Assembly: GCA_051003195.1 (NCBI GenBank)
Contig: JBPCLP010000019.1
Location: forward strand, 1 to 64,000
Direction of reading: 5' to 3'
DNA from: Candidatus Sumerlaeaceae bacterium
Lineage (GTDB): Bacteria; Sumerlaeota; Sumerlaeia; Sumerlaeales; Sumerlaeaceae
DNA: 64,000 bases
In this document: piece after piece, positions 38,805 through 45,698 of the stretch
Layout of the letters: every line of letters starts with the position of its first letter
Position numbering within the stretch: position 1 is the first letter of the stretch
Position numbers and translations under genes: made by a program
The notes under the pieces: model-generated
What the model was told of the DNA's origin: nothing
The model's input: only the letters and a program-made list of their open reading frames with translations
Databases searched by the model: none

Positions 38805-40481
38805 ATGAGACTACTGCCGTCGATGCTACACTTAAGTCTTTTACTGGGTAGCTGCTGGAATGCACTCGCTGCTGTCGGGGCAGAGTTGGTGCGCCCGGAT
38901 CACTCGGCAATAACTGCAACTATGTGCCGGCGCGCCATCGAGGATGTGAGCACGACGGCGATTCTGCGCACGTGTCCCCGCCTTCTGGAGCAATATTATT
39001 CTGGCGCGATGACGGCACCGCTTACCATCGGTCAGCTGGAAAATATGGCTTTTGTTTCCTTTCATGTTTCTCGGGCGATGAACGAAAATGGACAGAGCGG
39101 GGGGGCAGTGATGTTCGCACGCCAGGCCGTAACTCTCCAGGTGCAGGCGACCTCGACGACGGCAGACACTCGCAAGTTGCAATCGCTTGCGAGTTACCAT
39201 GCCGCACTCGGACGCATCTACGAAGAGCAGGGAAACGCAATTGAAGCGCTTGAGCATTGGGAACGATCTATCCAGATTATGCAGCCGCTTCGCCATACGG
39301 ATGCAGCGGCGCTAAAGCTGTATGCAAATACCTGTGCTTACAAGGCACTCCAGATGCGGGACCTGGCAAAGTACGAGGATGCATATCGCACTCTTCGCCC
39401 TGCGTACGATACAGCAACTAGTTCCTTCCTACAGTCGCCCAACGAACATGCCGAAGCCATGCATTACACTGCGAGGACGATGGCGCATATTTGTTATGAT
39501 GCACAGACTTCGCCGGGCTTAATGCTTCAGGCCTGTGAGGTAGCGACTAAAGCTGGCGAGGTAATGCGAAAAGCACACAACACGCAACCGGATGACTATT
39601 CCCAGGAGAAGCTGCTTGGACTTACGGCGAATGCGTTGTACTGGAATGGGCGCTTAAAAGAGACGTTGGACCTCATCAACTCTGCCGGCTCTGCAGTGGA
39701 ATCTAATGGTGAGATCCAATACACGAAAGCGAACGCGCTTGCTGAATCGGGTAACACCACCAGCGCAATCTCAGTTTATCGGTCCATACTCGCTCAGGAT
39801 GATTCGAATACCACTTGGGCGGCTGCCAGCGCGCTGGGTGGGATGCTCGTCAACGGCGGCAAAACCATCGAGGCCATAGATGTTGCTGACTTCGTCGAGA
39901 AGCGCATGCATGAGCTGCCCGCAGAGGAAACTCCCAGCTTCACAGTGGCTGCAGAACTTGCAAAGTTGCGCGGGGACGCTGCCTACAGATGGAATGACAC
40001 ATCGGAGGCCCGGCCTTACTATGAATCCTGGGCGACATTCGAGCATGCTCTTGTAAACAGTTACGGGGATGTGGCGAGCAGGATCGAGTTGCAGTACGCG
40101 ACACTGGCGCTGGCAGAATGCACGTCCCCCACCGCGCCAGCCGAAGCGTTCCGGCAGGCGAACAAGGTGCTGTCTGAGGTTATGCTGGCGGCGGAGCCCA
40201 AGAACCGTATGTGGCAGCAGCTGCTCGCAGAAGCGCACCTCATCGTAGCAGAATTATCTGATTCACCAGCTGAGAAACGCAAACACGCAACGGAGTTGCT
40301 AGCCATACTTAGCGACTCCGGAATTCCGACAGACTCGGTCCTGGTCCGCGGGCTCAGGTCTTTTGCGTTGGCACTACTGGGAGACTTAAGAGCAGCGCGG
40401 GAGATTGCGGATGAGCTGATTAAACAGGGCATCGTCGCGCCTGCGGTAATCGGCCACTGGAAGGCGCTGGGCGTTCTTTAA
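38805..40481 (+). CDS. Secreted TPR-like alpha-helical repeat protein
   Basis: Signal peptide, ALGRIYEEQGNAIEALEHWERSI, KANALAESGNTTSAISVYRSIL. Confidence 0.75.
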   Translation: MRLLPSMLHLSLLLGSCWNALAAVGAELVRPDHSAITATMCRRAIEDVSTTAILRTCPRLLEQYYSGAMTAPLTIGQLENMAFVSFHVSRAMNENGQSGGAVMFARQAVTLQVQATSTTADTRKLQSLASYHAALGRIYEEQGNAIEALEHWERSIQIMQPLRHTDAAALKLYANTCAYKALQMRDLAKYEDAYRTLRPAYDTATSSFLQSPNEHAEAMHYTARTMAHICYDAQTSPGLMLQACEVATKAGEVMRKAHNTQPDDYSQEKLLGLTANALYWNGRLKETLDLINSAGSAVESNGEIQYTKANALAESGNTTSAISVYRSILAQDDSNTTWAAASALGGMLVNGGKTIEAIDVADFVEKRMHELPAEETPSFTVAAELAKLRGDAAYRWNDTSEARPYYESWATFEHALVNSYGDVASRIELQYATLALAECTSPTAPAEAFRQANKVLSEVMLAAEPKNRMWQQLLAEAHLIVAELSDSPAEKRKHATELLAILSDSGIPTDSVLVRGLRSFALALLGDLRAAREIADELIKQGIVAPAVIGHWKALGVL

Positions 40482-40500
40482 TTGGACCGGATGTGGGGAA

Positions 40501-40545
40501 AGCTCGCCATCGTTAAGAATGGTTGCGGAACGGACCCAAGAACTC
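40501..40545. repeat. 45-bp dispersed repeat, copy 1
   Basis: 37/45 identical to 55558-55602, core atcgttaagaatggttgcg. Confidence 0.8.
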
Positions 40546-40651
40546 CGGAGGTAAGCGTATGTTTCAGCTTCCTGGCCGGAGGTGATCCATTGTTCGCGTT
40601 GTCGTATGCTCCACGTGAAGTGGTAGAGCAGTCGCGTTAACTAGTTCCCAT
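40545..40651 (-). pseudogene. 5' remnant of an IS200/RAYT-like tnpA (frameshifted, truncated)
   Basis: ATG GGA ACT AGT, 1-nt frameshift, then TRLLYHFTWSIRQREQWITSGQEAETYAYLR. This resembles the TnpA N-terminus (LLYHxxxS.K.R..WI...E..Y.Y). Confidence 0.75.
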
Positions 40652-40866
40652 AGGCGGCGTGTAACATTAGGGTCGCTGCAAGCAGCTCACGTGGAATGCA
40701 TTCATTGGGACCCACGCACTGCGTACGGGGCTAAAAGCACAGGGACGTCCTTCGGACTTGGTTGTTCAACCAGCGGGTCGCGGTGTGGAGCTTCAAGTGC
40801 AATGCGGACGACGGATGGGATTCGAGCAGAATCGCAACTGGGAATGAAATGTTACCCGTCCCGAAT
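40637..40866. repeat. 230-bp direct repeat, copy B
   Basis: Near-identical to 38483-38712. Ends in a tandem cgtccc(c)gaattt duplication running to 40881. Confidence 0.9.
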
Positions 40867-40947
40867 TTCGTCCCCGAATTTCCTGAAGTGTTAGCGACAG
40901 CCAAAGTTTTTGCGTTAGATTTACTTTTTCCTGTGGGCGAGCCGAAT

Positions 40948-42756
40948 TTAAATGCGATGCCCGTTCTTATTTAGCGCTACAAGCCCTGGAACAGCCCGTT
41001 CGGCATTCTGTATCCACTCGCGCCAGGCGCCGCCTGTTCCCGGCTCGTACGGAAAAACCACCATAACCACCGCATGTTTCCGCAACCACGCGCCAAAACG
41101 TGGATCCCATCTTGGATCATTGGCCGGCGTGATATCGCTTTGAAATGGCACGCGCGCCGTATGCACCATGGCGCTGGGGATGCCATACCCCCACAACATC
41201 TGGAGAATATTCGCGTGAATATCGACACAGGCTCCACCGGCGACCAGCACGCTGCCCCGCACATACCTGGCCCGAACCGAATCCGCCAGCCCCGGAGGAT
41301 TCATCATTTTATTCGCGCGAAAATCCACGGGAATGGGCGCCGGATCGTAAATGCCTTCCATACAGGCAAACGCCGCCAGAACCACATACAAAGAATCTTT
41401 CAGAGCGCCCATAGATCTACGCCACAGAATCGAAAAACCCAGGCACCCCGCAATGGCAAAACAAAGATACGCAGGCCATATCCACCGCGCCATGATGCGT
41501 ATGTTGTTCACGATGGGCACATGACGCAGCACGCTGCCCGGAAGCACAATCCTGGAACGAGCAGGGCCTGCCTGCAGATATTCACCGCAAGCAAATGTCA
41601 GGAAAAGCAAGCCGACCGCGCCACACCCCGCGACTCGCGCCCATGGATTATATCCTCCTTCCCTCCAGCGCCAGCACGTCGCGAAAAAGCTGGCGATGGA
41701 TATGAACAAAAAAACAAAACCGGTTAGCCCAAGGTATGTCGCTTCTTCGATACAACCGTAAGTGGCGCGAAACTCGGACACCCATTGCCCGAAAACGAAG
41801 TGGCGGTTATGCGGAAGCAAAATGCTGGTCACGTCCACCATGCGCGGCACGTCCAGCATTTCAACCTTGTACTCAAAGGCTCCGCTCTGCAGGGCGGTCA
41901 GGATTGGAATAAGGTGAATGGACGAAACCAGCGCCGCGGCGATAGCAGCCGCAAGCGTTGCTCTGATGAGTGTGTCCCACCGCATTCGGCCCCGGTAAAA
42001 ACAAAGCGAACCAAACATGATAGCGCCGAGAAGGCCCGCGAATACAGCATGCGTCTGGTCGTTTAAAAGCGCAACTCCTACCCCGGCGCCGCCAATTATT
42101 GCCCAAAGGATACCCGCGCCTGCAAACCCCGCCTGCAACCGGCGCCGACTCCGCGACATCGCATACAACGCTGCGATCATCCACTCCGTGCCATAAAAAT
42201 TGTAGTGCCCCATGCTGGCGAAGGAACGGAACGCGCAAAAGACGACAACCGAGGCGCCCAGCAGCCGCAGCGACCACCTCTTTACGCCCCATTCCTTCAG
42301 CGCGCCCATGGCAAGCATTCCCGTGGCGATCGTGGCGAAAAGCTGTATAAGGTTCGCCCAAAGCGTAATTCCGTCGATACCCGCAGGCAACAGCGGCTGG
42401 ACCAGCCATCCCAATGCCCCATCCAGCCATGTATGGGTGTGAAACAGAAAAAGAAAACCTTCCGGGTAATACGCATTCCGGAACCAGAAACATGGCGACC
42501 CCTGGTTCATCGCGTATCGTACGGCTCCCAGATTCCACAACATCATCAGATTGTCCCCTGCCGGCCCCGCCAGCAGCCGTGTCGGCCGCGCCCACACATC
42601 CCGAAACATATACAGATGCGCTAATAAAAACCAGAGGAAAGCTGAAATGGTTAAAAACACGGGCCGTGCTACAGAGGCGCAGAGACCTGTTTTTTTCTGC
42701 GCCTCTGCGCCCCTGTGTCCCGGGAAATTGAGGGCGGCAAGTGGAAGCAAATCCAT
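40948..42756 (-). CDS. Polytopic membrane protein, GT-C glycosyltransferase-like
   Basis: GDNLMMLWNL, YYPEG, many TM segments, IRIMARW, YLG. Start uncertain because the 5' end overlaps a palindromic repeat. Confidence 0.65.
   Translation of the reverse strand: MDLLPLAALNFPGHRGAEAQKKTGLCASVARPVFLTISAFLWFLLAHLYMFRDVWARPTRLLAGPAGDNLMMLWNLGAVRYAMNQGSPCFWFRNAYYPEGFLFLFHTHTWLDGALGWLVQPLLPAGIDGITLWANLIQLFATIATGMLAMGALKEWGVKRWSLRLLGASVVVFCAFRSFASMGHYNFYGTEWMIAALYAMSRSRRRLQAGFAGAGILWAIIGGAGVGVALLNDQTHAVFAGLLGAIMFGSLCFYRGRMRWDTLIRATLAAAIAAALVSSIHLIPILTALQSGAFEYKVEMLDVPRMVDVTSILLPHNRHFVFGQWVSEFRATYGCIEEATYLGLTGFVFLFISIASFFATCWRWREGGYNPWARVAGCGAVGLLFLTFACGEYLQAGPARSRIVLPGSVLRHVPIVNNIRIMARWIWPAYLCFAIAGCLGFSILWRRSMGALKDSLYVVLAAFACMEGIYDPAPIPVDFRANKMMNPPGLADSVRARYVRGSVLVAGGACVDIHANILQMLWGYGIPSAMVHTARVPFQSDITPANDPRWDPRFGAWLRKHAVVMVVFPYEPGTGGAWREWIQNAERAVPGLVALNKNGHRI
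42669..42718. repeat. Short palindromic repeat (cagaggcgcaga...tctgcgcctctg)
   Basis: 12-bp inverted arms plus a third partial unit (gcgcccctgtg). Confidence 0.65.
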
Positions 42757-42820
42757 GGACGAGCTTCATTGCGGCGCATGCTGGTGGGCGCAAGCAGGAA
42801 GCCGCGCCCTCGTTCAAAAC

Positions 42821-42853
42821 AAAAAGAGGGAAGAGCCGACCGGCCCTTCCCTC
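42821..42853 (-). terminator. Rho-independent terminator of the amidase gene
   Basis: gagggaag...cttccctc stem with an A5 tract on + (U-tract on -), 24 nt after the stop. Confidence 0.8.
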
Positions 42854-42876
42854 GCAAAGCCGCTTTGGATCAGGTC

Positions 42877-43827
42877 TTATTTAGGCCCGTAGTATTTCAC
42901 GGCGTCGGCGACCACGACATAGCCGGTCGTCGTCCAGATCGACAGCTTGGTTGTGTTGTTGCCACCTGCGAGCCCGATCGTGCCGAGCAGGTTCCATGTA
43001 CCGCCGTTGGCTTGCTGGTTCTTGCTTACGGTGGCGCCGTTCGGCAGGATATACGGAGCAGTCGTGCTGCGGTTGGTGCCAGCGCTCCACCAGGCAGAAA
43101 TGTCATAGGTTCCACCCGTCAGGTTGGCTGTCCAGTTGGCCGGATCGCTGGCAGCCGCGGTGCTGTGATAGCGATAGTCGGCGCCATACTTATCCGCGGC
43201 CGAACTTCCCGTCGCCCAGCCGGTGGAGGCGGAGAACCCGCCGCTGCTGTTGTCCACAACAGTCGTCCCGGCACTTGAAGGCGTCGGGTTGCACTTGCTC
43301 ATGTAGTAGCTCCAGTTCCAGTATTGTCCCGGGTCTGTATGAGTGGCGCCCGGAACCTCGCTGTGCCCGAGAATGTGCGCCCGATCGTATCGCACCGTAT
43401 AGTAAATGATGCAGCTCTTGGTCTCTAATGCCGACTCGTCGTAGCAGACCGTCGCTGTGTCGTTGCTGCTGACATAACCGCCGTGCTCGATACCTACCGA
43501 CTGCTGATTGTACGTCCAGTTGCCTGCATGCCAGCCGATATCGGCTTCGTATACTGACTGATAGCAGTAACCCGACGAGTTATTAAAAGTAAAGTGTGCT
43601 GAGACGCTTGCCGAGCAGTTCTGGAACCAGGAAGCGGCGCTTGCCGCGGAGCCTTGCACCTTGTGGATGACCACATAGTTGATCGGGTTGCTGCCCGGAC
43701 GGCTTGCATTAGTATAGTTGCTTGAGCAGGCAAGCCGCCATTCGTCGCAACTGGGTAGATCAGGCGTTGCTGCGTAAGCCGAAATGGCAAAGCTGGATAC
43801 GAAAAGTGTAGCGATGAGTTTCTTCAT
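42877..43827 (-). CDS. Secreted N-acetylmuramoyl-L-alanine amidase (Amidase_2) with a golvesin/CBM-like C-terminal domain
   Basis: VVIHKVQG, VSAHF, GWHAGN, SVGIEHGG, ILGHSEV, HTDPG, then VVDN...YGADY...NQQANGGTWNLLG...VVADAVK. Confidence 0.9.
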   Translation of the reverse strand: MKKLIATLFVSSFAISAYAATPDLPSCDEWRLACSSNYTNASRPGSNPINYVVIHKVQGSAASAASWFQNCSASVSAHFTFNNSSGYCYQSVYEADIGWHAGNWTYNQQSVGIEHGGYVSSNDTATVCYDESALETKSCIIYYTVRYDRAHILGHSEVPGATHTDPGQYWNWSYYMSKCNPTPSSAGTTVVDNSSGGFSASTGWATGSSAADKYGADYRYHSTAAASDPANWTANLTGGTYDISAWWSAGTNRSTTAPYILPNGATVSKNQQANGGTWNLLGTIGLAGGNNTTKLSIWTTTGYVVVADAVKYYGPK

Positions 43828-44178
43828 AAGTCGGGTAAACCCCCGGATAATTGAGATTGCTCCGCCATGCGGAGTACGTGGGTTTCCGAGCCGCACAAGC
43901 GGTCACGGGTTTCCCTCGATGCGTTAGGTGCCGCCTTAACGGCGAATGAGAGTTGGGGACTGATTTTACCGACAGGCCGAGGTTCGCCTGGTCAACAGGC
44001 GCGAGTTTGTTTGTCGCGATACCTCCTGAAAAACAGGATTTCCTGGTGAGCCGCGGCGCTGCAGAAGAGGGTTTCGGGAAGCTGGCCTACGGCGATTCGT
44101 GAAGGAACGGCTAGCGAGTCCAATCCGCTACTAAAGAAATCAAGGATAGAATTCGCATCCGATGATCTGGATTACGCG

Positions 44179-44316
44179 TTAACACTTGCGCTCCGGTCGA
44201 AAACCGATACGGCGTTTCGGTTTTGGCGGCGGCGGGTTGAGCAACGGCTTCAAGTTTGCCCATAAGGCCGTGAGTGCCTTGTCATGGTGGAGCAGTGTAC
44301 GATCAATTTCACAATC
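44179..44316 (-). pseudogene. 3' remnant resembling the C-terminus of ORF6N-domain proteins, truncated at the TIR
   Basis: EIDRTLLHHDKALTALWANLKPLLNPPPPKPKRRIGFRPERKC* with no start codon. Abuts the inverted repeat at 44315. Confidence 0.65.
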
Positions 44317-45608
44317 TACGCCGCGTGGAGAACTCCTTTCTCCAACCCATGAATCCTTATCATGGATATAACCAGGTTCTCTGGCGTTGCTACACGGTTG
44401 TTTAGTACCAGCTTTGCGGATCAGGAATGCGCAGCCCTGTTGAGGCTTGACAATGGCAGTGTTTGTTATGTCGTGCTCTGCTTGGGGGACAGCTTAGCGG
44501 GGCGGAGGTGCACGGTGAAAGATACGGGATTCGACGCAATGCCGGCGAAGCCGGGGCCTGGTATCGGGCAGGCAATCGCGCTGTGCGCGCTGTACATTGT
44601 AGTCGCTACCATGGTGGCGATTCTCCTGCTGCTCACAAAAAGCACCATGGACACAATGATGGCGATGTTCATTCAAAACGTCGTTGCGTGGTCAGTTACG
44701 TTGCCGGCGGGCTTGTGGTGGAGCCGCGCACAGGCCAAAGAAGCTTTTCCTTTCAGGCCGTTTCCGGTGCAAATCGTTCCCGCACTTGTCATTGGAACCT
44801 GGGGACTGACGCTGCTCCTCGTGGGCACTGCGACATTAATACCAGCTCCTGACTGGTGGAAGAATGCCATGGAGAAGTTGCTGGCCGGGACCGCGAAATG
44901 GACTATGTTTCTCCCGGTGGTCGTAGTGGCTCCGCTGGCGGAGGAGCTGTTTTTTCGCGGCCTTGTATTGCGCGGTTTTTTGCAGCGCTATTCCGTAACA
45001 AAGGCTGTTTGGGCTTCGTCCATACTCTTTGCCGTATTTCACCTGAATCCGTGGCAGGTCTTTGTCGCCCTTCCGCTAGGTCTTTTCATGGCATGGTTAT
45101 TTCTGTGCACACGCTCGCTGTGGCCGTGCATTATTGCGCACGTAACGGCAAATTTCGGCACAAATTACCTGCTCCCCCTGCTCGCGCGAGTATTGGGGTA
45201 CGACCAGGAGGAGTGGAAGGCCTTGCGGAGTTATCCGCCGTCCGTCTTCGCAATTGCCGGTGCGCTGGCCGTTGTCGGCGGCGCGATTTTATGGAAACAG
45301 CTCCAATCGCGTCACGCGAGCTTGTCAGCACCAGGCGGTGAAAGTCAGACGTCGGCTGCCATCCCTACGCTCGGTCTGAGCGACGGTGGTGGGATCGAGT
45401 AGCGACGCAGGCCGTGAGCGACACACATGAAATTTCGCTGCGGCGTGGGATTCACGGCACAGGCAGACCTCACCTGTGACATGCGCGCAGAACAATGAAG
45501 GGCTGTCCCACGGCCTGTCCCTCGAGCTGTTGAAAACAATTAAAACCTGGTGACATCCATGATAAGGATCACGGGGGTTGGAGAAAGGAGTTCTCCACGC
45601 GGCGTAGA
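44315..45608. mobile_element. Putative non-autonomous element: ~64-bp terminal inverted repeats around a single CPBP gene
   Basis: 44315-44378 versus 45544-45608. The outer 34 bp are a perfect inverted match (tctacgccgcgtggagaactcctttctccaaccc). No transposase inside. Confidence 0.8.
44515..45402 (+). CDS. CPBP (CAAX/Abi) family intramembrane metalloprotease
   Basis: EELFFRG, FAVFHL and HVTANF motifs. GGAGGT RBS before GTG 44515. Confidence 0.9.
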   Translation: MKDTGFDAMPAKPGPGIGQAIALCALYIVVATMVAILLLLTKSTMDTMMAMFIQNVVAWSVTLPAGLWWSRAQAKEAFPFRPFPVQIVPALVIGTWGLTLLLVGTATLIPAPDWWKNAMEKLLAGTAKWTMFLPVVVVAPLAEELFFRGLVLRGFLQRYSVTKAVWASSILFAVFHLNPWQVFVALPLGLFMAWLFLCTRSLWPCIIAHVTANFGTNYLLPLLARVLGYDQEEWKALRSYPPSVFAIAGALAVVGGAILWKQLQSRHASLSAPGGESQTSAAIPTLGLSDGGGIE

Positions 45609-45698
45609 CGCTTCAGCGTGTCTTGAATCCCAGGCGACTGGAAATATCCAGGATCAGCGTCGGAATAACCCCCGATGGTTTGCTTCTTCCAGTGCTTT

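Noticed and set aside
40509..40527. Integron attC or dif site (cgttaagaat)
   Set aside because: GTTAAGA does not fit GTTRRRY, there is no paired inverse core or hairpin, no XerD arm and no integrase.
44447..44475. Sigma70 promoter (TTGACA) for the CPBP gene
   Set aside because: No convincing -10 hexamer at 16-18 bp spacing.
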